In this document: positions 40,594 through 55,380 of the stretch, in pieces
Layout: each line of letters opens with the position of its first letter
Numbering within the stretch: the stretch's first letter is position 1
Origin: Octopus vulgaris
Taxonomy: Eukaryota
Assembly (NCBI GenBank): GCA_951406725.2
Contig: OX597822.1
Coordinates: forward strand, 95,542,001-95,606,000
Direction of reading: 5' to 3'
Length of the DNA stretch: 64,000 bases
Translations under genes and position numbers: made by a program
Notes under the pieces: model-generated
The model's input: only the letters and a program-made list of their open reading frames with translations
Databases searched by the model: none
What the model was told of the DNA's origin: nothing

Positions 40594-40596
<3 letters not shown>
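40121..40596 (+). mobile_element. Short PLE-like insertion with a 5' inverted partial terminal repeat
   Basis: Arms 40121-40239 and 40478-40596 are reverse complements, with a hammerhead between them. Confidence 0.75.
40389..40434 (+). ncRNA. Type-I hammerhead ribozyme
   Basis: CCTGGA/TTCAGG stem I; CTGATGA 40395-40401; GAG/CTC stem II (first pair C.A); GAAA 40415-40418; CATGCATG palindrome; GTC with cut after 40428. Confidence 0.85.
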
Positions 40597-40673
<77 letters not shown>

Positions 40674-40904
40674 TAAAGTTTGAGTGTTCAAATTCTTCAT
40701 TCCCCTTATCATCAGTATTGTATTTCACACTCTAAGTGGCCAAGAAAGAAACTGTAACGTTGGATGGGAGCTAAAAGAAGTTTACCAAAAACCGCACCAT
40801 CAGAAGGGACCAGCCTTGGCATCTTTCTCAGAGAAATCCTGTATCTGTCTTGATATTATGTCTCTCCTCTTACTGTATATTTATATATATATATATATAT
40901 ATAT

Positions 40905-40964
<60 letters not shown>

Positions 40965-40965
<1 letters not shown>

Positions 40966-41135
40966 GGCAGAGTTTACGAAAAAAAAACAACAAAAGACGA
41001 AGACAGGTGGTGTACAAAACAAACAGATGTATTAGTATAACGCTCAGGAATAGAAAAAGGCTTTCACGTTTCGAGCCTATGCTCTTCTACAGAAAGGGAC
41101 TCAGAAAAAACAAGGAGAGAAACAAGGAGAGAGAA
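40965..41135 (-). mobile_element. PLE-like terminal-repeat fragment in (TA)n, with hammerhead-like variant at 41061-41096
   Basis: Minus strand CUUU-CUGUAGAA-GAGC-AUAG-GCUC-GAAA-CG-UG-AAAG. Confidence 0.55.
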
Positions 41136-41497
41136 AAAAATATATATATATTGATAAAAATGGTAAGACAACAAATGAATGAAAGATACCTCGATATTAT
41201 GTAAATAGAAGAATTTATCTGTAAATGTAATTTGTGACAATTATTCGGTAGCCATGGTTAAACTCCGAGTTTGGGATGCCGAGGTGGAGATTCACGCCGC
41301 CAAGAGATGGCGGCGTGGATTTCCACCGGCAAGTCGAGTACTACATATGTTTCCCACAAACATTGATTTAATTCTGAGAGCTTAAATATGCAGTGAGAAA
41401 CTTTCAGTAACTACGTATTGGCATCTGCCGCAGTGTTGTGCAAACATGTATGTGTGGATGTATGCGTAGGCGTATGTACGTATGGTTGTATATATGT

Positions 41498-41727
41498 TTC
41501 TTTACTACCCACAAGGGGCTAAACACAGAGAGGACAAACAAGGACAGACAAACGGATTAAGTCGATTATATCGACCCTAGTGCGTAACTGGTACTTATTT
41601 AATTGACCCCGAAAGGATGAAAGGCAAAGTCGACCTCGGCGGAATTTGAACTCTGAACGTAGCGGCAGACGAAATACTGCTAAGCATTTCGCCCGGCGTG
41701 CTAACGTTTAAGCCAGCTCGCCGCCTT
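41498..41727 (-). mobile_element. SINE family C
   Basis: Full-length; flanked by gtatggttgtatata repeats. Confidence 0.88.
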
Positions 41728-41757
41728 GTATGGTTGTATATAGATGTGTGTGTGTGC

Positions 41758-41788
<31 letters not shown>

Positions 41789-42382
41789 AATGTTTGTGTG
41801 ACTGTGTGCGTGCATGTAGCAATGCATGTACATGCATTAATAAATAATTTTTTTTTTAAATGTAAAATTTAGGTGAATTGAGTACACCGAAAACAAACTT
41901 TTGAGAGAGAGAGAGTGAGGGGGGGTTGGCGGAGTGAGGTGAGAAAGAGCTAGAGAACGTGAGTGAAAGAGAGGAAGTGAAAGATAAAGATAAAGAAAAA
42001 GAGAGATAGAGAACGACAGAGAAAGGGAGAAAGAGGGATTGAGGGATAAGGAGAATAATATCAAGTGAATTGTGAAATTGAAATGATGTGTAGATTACAA
42101 GAGCCCGAGGAAGTTGTTTATCTGCCCGTCAATCTTGATTTAGCAGATCTATGAACAGTAGTCCCCGTGGGGTTTATTAAGGGCACAGAGAAGTAAATTA
42201 TCCGATACGTCGTTTTAAAGGAATAATAGTTGTGATTTGAAGATCAAGGTTGCCTTTTCTAGCATGTCCTCAACTTCGTAATCTCGCTTTTATCCGTTCG
42301 ATACCGAATGATTAAATAGAAAGAGGGGTAGTCTTGTGTAGCTGGATTTGTATGTATTGGGGGAACATATGTGAATGTAGAG

Positions 42383-42702
42383 AAGGCGCGTGGTTTAGCG
42401 GTTAGGGTAATCGGTTAACGATCGCAAGATCGCGAGTTCAATTCCCGGGGGCGCGTTGTGTCCTTGAAGACGATTTATTTCACGTTGCTTCAGTTCACTC
42501 AGCTGGAAAAAAAGATGAGTAGTACCTGTTTTTCAAAGGGCCAGCCTTGTCACATCATGTGTCACGTTGAATCTCCATGAAAACTACGTTATGGGTACGC
42601 TTGTCTGTGGAGTGCTCAGCCACTTGCACGTTAGTTTCGTGAGCAAGCTGTTCCGTTGATCAAATCAACTGGAACCCTCGTCGTCGAAAGTAACGGGGTA
42701 CC
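42383..42702 (+). mobile_element. Diverged SINE related to family B
   Basis: tRNA-like head (tggtttagcgg...gagttcaattcc) with the type-2 tail. Confidence 0.75.
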
Positions 42703-43790
42703 AATATGTACGAATGTGAATATTTGTGTTTAGGGATGAGTGTGTGTGTGAGAGGGAGGGAATGGTAGAAAGAAAGAGAGAGGGGAAGATACAAAGAAGG
42801 AAAGAGAGAGAGAGTTAGTGTGACATTCAGGTTATCTTTAATTCAATGAGTTACTAGAAAAGAAGAGCAAACCTTTTCCAAAGAAGTTTCAAAGGGGAAA
42901 AAAAAGTGAAAATGTGTTTATTATCTCGAATAATAATACTTGTTTCAAATTTTGGTACAGGAGAAGCTATTGAAGAGAAAAAGAGGAGGCTGGTTAATTA
43001 CATCCACCCCAGCACTTCTCTGGAGCTTTATTTTATCGACCCCGCCCCCATAACGGATGAAAGGCAAAATTGACCGCGGCGGACTTTGAACTCAGAACAT
43101 GAAGCGTTGGGAGAAATGCAGCCGAACATTTTGTCCGATGAGCTAACGATTATGTTATTTGGTGGACTTAATGATATTAAAAGCTGAAAAATCGTTTTGA
43201 ATTTTCGCATAAGGCCAATAGTTTTAGTGGTTGGACGTTAACCAATTACATCGCCAGCAATACGCAGAGCGGTGCTTATTTTATCGACTTCGAAAAATTC
43301 AGCGGAATTAGAAGTCAGATTGCAAAGAGCCGAAAGAAATACTTCAACTCATTTTGTTTGATCTCGTGCGATCCTACTAGCTTGCCACTCTAATGGCGAT
43401 GATGATAACAACTCTTGCTGAGTTGAACGTGAACGGTTTTGAGGGGAGGGTGAAAGTCAATTACATAGACCCAAGTACTTGATTGGTGCTTATTTTATCG
43501 ACCCCGAAAGATAAAAGACAATCTATCTCGACCGAAATTTGAACTCAGAACGTAATGAACTAAAATGAACGTCGCTAATTATTTTGTCCGTCACGCTAAG
43601 GATTCTGCTTGTTCACTGACCTAATGATGACGACGACTGCGACAGCTACGACTACAACGACGGCGATGATTACTATGACGACAACGACAGTAGTGATGAT
43701 GATGAAGAGGATGACGACGACAACGACATATTCAAGGAATTTCGATAAATCGTCTTCATTTGGGAAATTAAAAATGGCGTCAATACATGA

Positions 43791-44210
43791 GGCGCGGGAG
43801 TGGCTGTGTGGTAAGTAGCTTGCTTACCAGCCACATGGTTCCGGGTTCATTCCCACTGCGTGGCATCTTGGGCAAGTGTCTTCTACTATAGCCTCGGGCC
43901 GACCAAAGCCTTGTGAGTGGATTTGGTAGACGGAAACTGAAAGAAGCTCGTGATATATATGTATATATATATATGTATGTATGTGTGTGTGTTTATGTGT
44001 TTGTGTTTGTCCCCCCAACATCGCTTGACAACCGATGCTGGTGTGTCTATGTCTCAGTAACTTAGCGGTTCGGCAACAAACACCGATAGAATAAGTACTG
44101 GGCTTACAAAGAATAAGTCCTGGGGTCGACTTGCTCGACTAAAGGCGGTGCTCCAGCATGGCCACAGTCAAATGACTGAAACATGTAAAAGAGTTAAAGA
44201 GTAAAAGAGG
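43791..44210 (+). mobile_element. SINE family A
   Basis: Family homology. Confidence 0.85.
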
Positions 44211-45890
44211 AAAGACGTGATGTTTTATTTAAATGTTATCTTATTTTATATTTTTTACTGCTAAGTGAAGTAGAGAAGGACAGCCCAAATGAAACTACTT
44301 TTAAGGGCTTCTGAGACGGGTTTCAGGAAAAGAGGAAGTTATCTCCATATCTGGGACCTAGGTCGAGAGCTTGCAATAGTATGAATTCCGATAAAGGCAG
44401 TTGAGTTATTAAACCAAAAAACTCGGTAAAGAGCCAAGAAAATTATTTTACCAATTAACTAAATTAGCTTCTTACAGCGATGACTTATTTAAATTTAGAA
44501 ATGTCGACTAAATTCAAATTTCAAATCCTGTCGGGACCTAGTTTGCTTTTTATACTTTCGGAATTTATAAGAGGAGTACCAGTCAAGTACTGCATTCAAT
44601 TTGATTGACGTACAGTATCGTCAAAAGCGGCGAAAGACGGAATTGACAGTGTGCTGATGATAATGGCCGTGACTGTTGTAGCATTAGCTGCAGTTTTTGG
44701 TAAAGTCCTTTCTGGATACAAACCGGATTCCATATTTGTCTCTCGTAATTCATACTGGTGTTGATTTATTCAACTCTACAAGACTGTCCGCTGGCAGAAT
44801 TGCTAGCTCACCGGATAAAATGCGTCGCGGCATTCCGGCCGTCTTTATGTTCTGAGTTCAAATCTTGCCGAGACCGACATTGCTTTTCACCCTTTCGGAG
44901 TCGATAACATAAAATCCAGTCGAGCATTGGGGTCGATATAATCGCCTAGACTAGATCCCCTCCCGTAAATTGTAAGGACTTGTGCTTGTAGTAGAAATGA
45001 TTTATCCGACTCTACGCCTACCTAAACGGAAGCTGGCAAAATCATTTAATTTCATCATTTTATATTTTAGTTAGTTTATACACCAACCTCTGGGGTTTAT
45101 AATACTTTTCTTTAACTTGTGATCGGACAAAGTACCAGTAATACGCTAGATAATTTTGAATTAACTATAACTGTCCTCTAAAGTCTTGATATTTTCTTGC
45201 CTTGTGTCATTTGATATTTCTAAATTTAAATAAGTCCAAAGTAAGGCATGGCTGTGTGATAAGAAGTTTGCTTCCCAATCACATGGCTGTAAATTCAGTT
45301 CCACGTGGCACCTTGGGTAAGTACCTCCTATTGTAGCACCTAGTCGACCAAAACCTTGTAAATGGATCTGGTAGACAGAAACTGGAAAAGCCCCGTCGTA
45401 TAAGGTATACAGTGAAATGTCCACGAGGTGAAGATTTTCTGGGATTGGTTCAGGTAATTGTATGCAGTATGTAATTGATTCTTATTTCATCGATTTTAGA
45501 ATGGTAGCGGATGGAAGAGTAAAGAGGATACAAATAGGAATTGAACTTAGGACACTGGTTTACAAACCTTACTATGACAGGGCGAAAAATTTATTTATCC
45601 CCGGTTTTCTAAAATTGTAAAGAGATTGAAATAGGACCTAAAGGGAATGTAGAATAGAGGGCTGGGACTAAAAACAGAAATTATGGTACTGTAGAAACTG
45701 GGAGAGAGAGAAAGGCAGAGAATGAATAGGTTGTAGGAAAGAATAGCAGTTAAGTAAGACATAATGATACAAAGATCGGCATCGACTGTTGCTATCTTAC
45801 AATCAAACATTTAATTGGGAATGCTTAATGAGAGAAGACCTTATTGGTCTTCCATCATTCGTATTGTAGTCTATATGGACTGGAAGCATT

Positions 45891-46220
45891 CACAGCCTGC
45901 TCGTGAAATTAACGTGTAAGTGGCTGAGCACTCCACAGACACGTGTACCCTTAACGTAGTTCTCGGGGATATTCAGCGTGACGCAGAGAGTGACAAGGCC
46001 GGCCCTTTGAAATACAGGTACAACAGAAACAGGAAGTAAGAGTGAGAGAAAGTTGTGGTGAAAGAGTACAGCAGGGATCACCACCATCCCCTGCCGGAGC
46101 CTCGAGGAGCTTTAGGTGTTTTCGCTCAATAAACACTCACAACGCCCGGTCTAGGAATCGAAACCGCGATCCTACGACCGCGAGTCCGCTGCCCTAACCA
46201 CTGGGCCATTGCGCCTCCAC
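45891..46220 (-). mobile_element. SINE family B (tail type 2)
   Basis: Family homology; gtagtctatat repeated on the flanks. Confidence 0.85.
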
Positions 46221-46717
46221 GTAGTCTATATAAAGATGTGTCATAGAGGGAAGGCGCCTAGCCTCGTAGTTTGGATCGTTATAATAAATTCGTAAGTTCG
46301 GGGATTCTAGACCGAGCGGCACTTCTTACAAGTTGCTCTGAAGGACTCAGCTGCAATGAATAACAGAGGGACACTGATGCGGTCCGCTCTCCCTCCAGCC
46401 ATCTCTTTCAGGGCGTTTTACGATAGCTTGCAACTACAGTAGCATAAAAAAAAACAATTAGCGAAATCATGTTACCAAGACAAGTTGTTTTGCTATACTT
46501 GCTTGAACCTGAGAGTTGGGAGTACGTTACTGAACGTGATAAATCTCAATGAATTGCAAGGAGACGGGAGTGGGAGAAAAAAATATCGATCGAATCAACC
46601 TCAGGAGGAGGAGGAAAGACAAGTTGACCCCATCGGGAATTGAACTCGGAACATAAAGAGCCAGAATGCAATGCATCTTGCTCGATGCCCTATGATTATA
46701 TCAACCCACCACCTTCT

Positions 46718-46823
<106 letters not shown>

Positions 46824-46882
46824 TAATAATAATAATAATAATAATAATAGTAATAGTAATAACAATAGTAATAGTAATAATA

Positions 46883-46963
<81 letters not shown>

Positions 46964-47269
46964 GTAATAATAATAACAATAGTAATAGTAATAATAATAG
47001 TAATAATAATAATAATAGTAATAATAATAATACTACTACTAATACTAATAATAATAATAATAATTAAACTGGGCTCCACCTACAAGGTCATGTGCTGTTT
47101 ATCTTGATATGAGATCACCATGTCGCGCACATATGGTTGTGATGTAGTGCCTAGTGTACCCTTATCAGACATGTAGTCATGATGGGTATACTGGGCTTCG
47201 TATATTTTACACCAGTGTCACTTTGATGGCATGCACTACTCTCTCACTCAATAATAATAATAATAATAA

Positions 47270-48117
47270 TCTATATTTAAGAGATGAGGAATTATGTACA
47301 TTATTTACATTCAACGGATATTTATCCTCATCTTGTTTGTTGTTAACACGTTTCGGTTGATATACCCTCCAGCCTTCATCAGGTGTCTTAGGGAATTTCG
47401 AACCTAGGTTCTCATTCCTAATGTATTTTTCAATGTTGTTGTTGTTGTTGTTGTTGTTATTATTATTATTATTATTAAGGTCACTGCCTGGAATCGAACT
47501 AGGTATCTTGGGGTTAGTAGCTCGCGCTCTTATCCATCATGCCATATGCCCGTGGGTAATTAAGGAGTGAATTTTTAGGGCTTATTAATCTAATATTTTC
47601 CTATCCTTCTTTAATATCCGTTCCCATATGCTGTTCATATCTGCACTTGGTCTGCTTAGGAGGTTGTTGTGTCCTAGCATATGTGCTGCTTCTTTTAGTT
47701 TTCGTATTTACCAGTAGTGTTCTCTGTCTATTATTTTAACTTCATCCCACCGGGGGAGGTGAACATGTATGGAAAAATGGAGACCACCTCCCCCTGTGTT
47801 AGGAGAGACCGAGCGCAGATATGAATAGCATATGGGAACGGATATTAAGGAAGGATAGGAAAATATTAGATTTATAAACCCTAAAAATTCACTCCATATC
47901 GCGTAGTGGTTAAGAGCGTGGGCTACTAAACCCAAGATTCCGAGTTCGATTTCAGGCAGTGACCTTAATAATAATAACATGGAAAAATACCTTAGGAATG
48001 AGAACTCAGGTTCGAAATTTCCCCAAGACACCTGGTGAAAGCGGGAAGGTATATCAGCCAAAACGTTGTGTTAACAATAAACAAGATGAGGACAAATATC
48101 CGTCAAATGTAAATAAA
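47270..48117 (-). mobile_element. Truncated Penelope-like element: GIY-YIG C-terminus between inverted terminal repeats, each with tRNA-like and hammerhead motifs
   Basis: Minus strand 47600-47765 reads HLPRWDEVKIIDREHYW*IRKLKEAAHMLGHNNLLSRPSADMNSIWERIL. Hammerhead-like motifs at 47345-47386 (-) and 48028-48071 (+). Confidence 0.82.
47895..47964 (+). promoter_or_regulatory. tRNA-like segment with Pol III A/B boxes inside the PLE terminal repeat
   Basis: tcgcgtagtgg (A box), gggctactaaaccc (anticodon-like arm), gagttcgatttc (B box). Inverted homologue at 47479-47551. Confidence 0.65.
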
Positions 48118-48650
48118 AATGATGTCAAATTTTAGCACAAGGCCAGAAATTTCAGAGGAGGGGTAAGTCGATTAGATCGAACCCAGTGTTCAACTAGTAC
48201 TTATTTTATCGACCCGGAATGAATAGGCTCGAGGTCGGAAATTTGGTGGATGGGAAAGTCGATTATTTGGAGCCCAGTACTTGACTTGGACTTATTTTAT
48301 CGAACCCAAAGGGATGAGAGGCAAAGTCCGTCTCGGCGGAATCTTAGATATCTGAACGTAAAGACGGAATAAATTCTGCTAAGTTTGGCGTCTTACTATC
48401 AATTCTGTCTGTTCGCCGCCTTTGTAATAATAACTATTTCGTGTTTTGGCACAAGGCCAGTAATTTCGTGGGAGGGTATGAGAGTCGATATCGATCACCA
48501 GTGCCCAACTCGTACTTATTTTATCAACACCGAAAGGATGAAAGGCAAAGTTGACCACAGCGGAATTTGATCTCAGAAAGTAAAGACGGACGAAATGCCG
48601 CTAAATATTTTTTCCCGACGTGCTAACGATTCTGCCAGCTCGCCACCTTT

Positions 48651-48698
<48 letters not shown>

Positions 48699-48699
48699 G

Positions 48700-48730
<31 letters not shown>

Positions 48731-48752
48731 AATGATAATAATAATAATAATG

Positions 48753-48791
<39 letters not shown>

Positions 48792-48824
48792 GTAATAGTA
48801 ATAACAATAGTAATAGTAATAATA

Positions 48825-48905
<81 letters not shown>

Positions 48906-49191
48906 GTAATAATAATAACAATAGTAATAGTAATAATAATAGTAATAATAATAATAATAGTAATAATAATAATACTACTACTAATAATAATAATAATAAT
49001 AATAATTAAACTGGGCTCCACCTACAAGGTCATGTGCTGTTTATCTTGATATGAGATCACCATGTCGCGCACATATGGTTGTGATGTAGTGCCTAGTGTA
49101 CCCTTATCAGACATGTAGTCATGATGGGTATACTGGGCTTCGTATATTTTACACCAGTGTCACTTTGATGGCATGCACTACTCTCTCACTC

Positions 49192-49222
<31 letters not shown>

Positions 49223-49224
<2 letters not shown>

Positions 49225-50074
49225 CTATATTTAAGAGATGAGGAATTATGTACATTATTTACATTCAACGGATATTTATCCTCATCTTGTTTGTTGTTAA
49301 CACGTTTCGGTTGATATACCCTCCAGCCTTCATCAGGTGTCTTAGGGAATTTCGAACCTAGGTTCTCATTCCTAATGTATTTTTCAATGTTGTTGTTGTT
49401 GTTGTTGTTGTTATTATTATTATTATTATTATTAAGGTCACTGCCTGGAATCGAACTAGGTATCTTGGGGTTAGTAGCTCGCGCTCTTATCCATCATGCC
49501 ATATGCCCGTGGGTAATTAAGGAGTGAATTTTTAGGGCTTATTAATCTAATATTTTCCTATCCTTCTTTAATATCCGTTCCCATATGCTGTTCATATTTG
49601 CACTTGGTCTGCTTAGGAGGTTGTTGTGTCCTAGCATATGTGCTGCTTCTTTTAGTTTTCGTATTTACCAGTAGTGTTCTCTGTCTATTATTTTAACTTC
49701 ATCCCACCGGGGGAGGTGAACATGTATGGAAAAATGGAGACCACCTCCCCCTGTGTTAGGAGAGACCGAGCGCAGATATGAATAGCATATGGGAACGGAT
49801 ATTAAGGAAGGATAGGAAAATATTAGATTTATAAACCCTAAAAATTCACTCCATATCGCGTAGTGGTTAAGAGCGTGGGCTACTAAACCCAAGATTCCGA
49901 GTTCGATTTCAGGCAGTGACCTTAATAATAATAACATGGAAAAATACCTTAGGAATGAGAACTCAGGTTCGAAATTTCCCCAAGACACCTGGTGAAAGCG
50001 GGAAGGTATATCAGCCAAAACGTTGTGTTAACAATAAACAAGATGAGGACAAATATCCGTCAAATGTAAATAAA
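49223..50074 (-). mobile_element. Duplicate of the 47270-48117 Penelope-like element
   Basis: Part of the tandem duplication. Confidence 0.82.
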
Positions 50075-50607
50075 AATGATGTCAAATTTTAGCACAAGGC
50101 CAGAAATTTCAGAGGAGGGGTAAGTCGATTAGATCGAACCCAGTGTTCAACTGGTACTTATTTTATCGACCCCGAATGAATAGGCTCGAGGTCGGAAATT
50201 TGGTGGATGGGAAAGTCGATTATTTGGAGCCCAGTACTTGACTTGGACTTATTTTATCGAACCCAAAGGGATGAGAGGCAAAGTCCGTCTCGGCGGAATC
50301 TTAGATATCTGAACGTAAAGACGGAATAAATTCTGCTAAGTTTGGCGTCTTACTATCAATTCTGTCTGTTCGCCGCCTTTGTAATAATAACTATTTCGTG
50401 TTTTGGCACAAGGCCAGTAATTTCGTGGGAGGGTATGAGAGTCGATATCGATCACCAGTGCCCAACTCGTACTTATTTTATCAACACCGAAAGGATGAAA
50501 GGCAAAGTTGACCACAGCGGAATTTGATCTCAGAAACTAAAGACGGACGAAATGCCGCTAAATATTTTTTCCCGACGTGCTAACGATTCTGCCAGCTCGC
50601 CACCTTT

Positions 50608-50758
<151 letters not shown>

Positions 50759-50915
50759 TAATAATAATAATAATAATCCTTTCTATTAAAGGCACAAGGT
50801 CTAAATTTTAGTGGGAGGGGGACTAGTCGATTACATCGAGCTCAGCACAGTTTGAACTCAGAGCACGAAGACAGATGGAATGCCGCTAAGCATTCAGTCC
50901 GGTGCGGTGACCATT

Positions 50916-50980
<65 letters not shown>

Positions 50981-51595
50981 TAATAATAATAAAGATTGCA
51001 AATTTTGGCTCAGGGCTAGCAGTTTTTAGGGGAGCGGCAGGTCGATTACATCGAATCCCAATATTCAACTGGTACTTAATTATATCGATCCAAAAAGCAC
51101 TCAAAGCAATGGTAACCTGAGCGGTATTTTAACTAAGAATGTTAAGAGCGGGAAGATATGTCGCTAAGCATTTCTGTGGTGATCAAATGATTATGTCAGC
51201 TCCCCAACTTTGATTATAATAATTACGATAATATTAATAATTTATAACAAAGTGAGTGGTATCGAATCAGTGTAATTAAACACACCTTTTAACTGATACT
51301 TATGTAATCGGTGCGAACGACAAAATGAAAGGACAATTAGGTGCTAAGTAATTTGAACTTAGAACATGAAGTTTAGCACACAAATATTTTCATCTTACTT
51401 CCTTTGAGAATAATAAGAGAAAATGAGAAATAGTTAGACAGTAATAACAGAAAGAGAGATAGTCAAGTTGATTCATCGATCGATCGGTCGAAAGGTAGGA
51501 AAAAAAAAAGAAAAACCAACGATAAACCAGATAAAAAGAATGACATACACCACCCTCATACACAGATGCACACACACACATACACACACACACAT

Positions 51596-51630
<35 letters not shown>

Positions 51631-51908
51631 CACACACACAACTCACGCACTCACATATACATACATACACACACATACAGACACATATATATATACATAT
51701 ATATATGTATGTATATATATACATAGATATATATATATATGTATATATATATAAATATATACATACGTATGTACATATATACATGTATACATATATAATA
51801 TATATATACGTACATGCATACATACACACACACATATATACACACATACACACACATACATACATACATATATACATATATATATAAATATAAATATATA
51901 TATATGTA

Positions 51909-51951
<43 letters not shown>

Positions 51952-51954
51952 ATA

Positions 51955-52045
<91 letters not shown>

Positions 52046-52815
52046 TATACATATATATATAAACTTATCTACCTGCAAAGGGGAAAATGAATTCAATAGT
52101 ACATAAGCATAGGGCATATATGTTTTTTTCTGTGTTTCAGGTGTTCCGTTATTCATACGATTGAGTAATGGGTAGCGTGACACTCGAGAGATAAAGTTAA
52201 AGAAGCTTCAGGCGATGATGATGCTGATGATGACGACCATCATGATTAGAGTGATGATGATGATGATGGCTATTGCGATGATCATAATAATAACAACAAC
52301 AACAACAAAAACAAAAATGGTATGCATGTATGCATGTATGAAAGTGTAAAGACCACCAGGTATGAATATGCAGACTTAATTTTTGAGTATATCTATATTA
52401 AACTATAAGACACAGCTGGAACCCTTAAAATGCATATGACTCTGCGTGTGTGTGTATCTGTGTGTGTATGTATACATGATATGTATATATATATATATAC
52501 ACATACATACATACATATATATATGTGTGTATGTGAGTAACACATATCCTTACCATATGCCTGTGTGCAGATGCGTGAGTCGATATGTTTTTGAATATAT
52601 GTGTATATGTATATATACACATATATGTATATACACGTATATGCAATGTATGTATGTGTGTATGTTTTAATATTTAAGTATGTCCAAATTTTATATATAT
52701 ATATATATATATGTACATATGTATGTACATTTACAATTATACGCATACACCCCCTCATACACACACATACACATACATACATATACATACATACATACGG
52801 AGTAAACAGTTCCAT

Positions 52816-52847
<32 letters not shown>

Positions 52848-52956
52848 TATTTACATACACGCACACACACACACATACATTATATGTGCATATGTATATA
52901 TATAAATATATATATACATATATGTTTACATTATATGTGCATATATATATATGTAT

Positions 52957-53002
<46 letters not shown>

Positions 53003-53879
53003 ATTACACACTGCTGTCTATAAGATAGAGATTCAAGAACAGACAGAAAGACAAGCAGATTGATTGATAGATGTATGTATAGTAGAGAAAGCGTGCGTGT
53101 GAGAGAGGGAGGAAGAGAGATGAGAGATTGGGAGAAAGAAAGAGAGAGAGAGAGAGAGACTTAGGAAAGAAAATAGAGAAGAAAAGAGATAACAGGGAGA
53201 GAAAGAAAGTGGTGAGAAAGTGGTGAGGGAGAGTTGTTTGTTATTCAATCTGAGTAAAGTAAAAAAGTTGCGAAACACACACTCTACTCTCACACTCTCA
53301 CACTCAGAAAGACAGTTATATGCACCCCGATGTACACTTATATATACACACACACAGACTCATGTACCGGCACGGAAACACCTGTATATATACAGATGCA
53401 CAATCGTGCACGATTATTAATGAATCTGCACAAGCACTCACACGCACGTGTACGCAGAAACGGACACACGGACACACGCAGAACACACGCAGAACACACG
53501 AAACATATAAAAAAGAAGAAAAAAAAAAAACCGTAGCCGCAATATCTCTGTCTCTTTAATTCATATGTATATATGCATGCACATGCACAGACGCGTTTTA
53601 CACATGCACACGAATACATGCACCATGTGTTGCTGTTGCTTTCAGTGTGATTCCCCACAAACGTATACGCACACATATAAATTCACGTTTGTATACAGGT
53701 AAACATATATATATATACATGAAAAAAAATAAACAAAAAGCAAAAAAAAACAAAAACAAACAAACAAACATATATACACGCACAAACGTACGTCCGCACA
53801 GAAGCGCACATGCAAACTAACAGATACACATACACACATAAACACGCATGTTCACATAAACACACACAAACTCACGTAG

Positions 53880-53910
<31 letters not shown>

Positions 53911-53962
53911 AACTCTGATAGACAAACACACTCGCACACTCGAACACATGCACGCACACAGT

Positions 53963-53996
<34 letters not shown>

Positions 53997-54429
53997 AACT
54001 CTGATAGACAAACACACTCGCACACTCGCACACATGCACGCACACAGTCAAACAAACACACATGCAAAAAGTGATGCGCGCACATTTACAGTTGCCATAC
54101 ACACACATACACACAAGCGTACACACACACACAAACATCACACAAACTACTTATTTAAAAAATACATCAAAATATATTAAATAATTTACTAACCTCTCTT
54201 TAAAATTATTTAAAGTTTCCGGTATCGAATCCTATCAAAGCCGTTCACCATTGGAGAAGGCGTGAGTTGTCGTCTGCTATGAGAAACTGAGAGAGATGCA
54301 GTGGTTCTATCGTCTGTTGTTTGTACTACACCTGGTTATATTGTAATGAGTGTAGGCAACATAGCGTCTTTATGGTGAATGAGAGAGTAGCAGCGGAATA
54401 GAGGAACGGTGTGAGTAGCAGAATGAGTG

Positions 54430-54881
54430 GGTGACTGGAATGGATAAAGGAGAAAGTGTAAGAGGTAAAGGACAAAAAGATAGAGAGAGAGAGGCAAAGA
54501 GAGACTGATGATATAGTGAGAAGAAGGTGGGGGTAGTGATTGATGATATAGTAAGGAAAAAGGGAGAGACAGTAAGAGAGTCAATGATATTGTAAGAAAA
54601 AGGAAAGGAAAATGAGAGAGATGAGACGTACTGATGATGTAGGGATAAGATAGGGAGAGAAAGGGATTAACGATATACAGATGAGAAAGTGAGGAAGAGA
54701 GTGAGAGAGAAGAGAAGAGAAGAGGAGAGTGATATGAGAAAGGATACAATATATTGGTGTTAGAGAGTAGGCGAATGGGAAAATATAGAAAATGTTTATG
54801 AGAGAGGTTGGAAAATAGTGGGTGAGGAAAAGATAATAAGAGAGAGAGAGAGGGGGGGTAGAGAGAGAGACAGACAGGGAC

Positions 54882-54920
<39 letters not shown>

Positions 54921-55339
54921 GGGAGAGAAACAGGGAAAGAGAGGCGGTTGGAGAGAAAGGAACAGGGAGAGGAAGGAAGAAAATATAGAGAAGCTCGTGG
55001 TGGCGTGAGAATTTGCCTGGGGGAGAGGGAGATAATCAGAAAGAGAAAGACAAGAGAAAACTTTGAATTGGAGACAGTAGGAGAGTAATGGCGAAGAAAA
55101 GACAAAACGTGATGTGAGAGTTAAAGGAGAAAAGTGGGGTGGATATGGATGACTTAAATAGATATGGGAGACTTCAATGGGTGGTGTTAGAGGAAGATGG
55201 AGGCGATGAAGCGGGAAAGACCATAAAGAATGTAAAAAAAAAATAAGAGTGATAGGAAAAAGGTGTTGATTTTAGAGATATATGAAAGAATGAGGCAGAG
55301 TGAGAGAGCGCGGAATATGTAAAATGACAAAGAGGGTGA

Positions 55340-55380
<41 letters not shown>

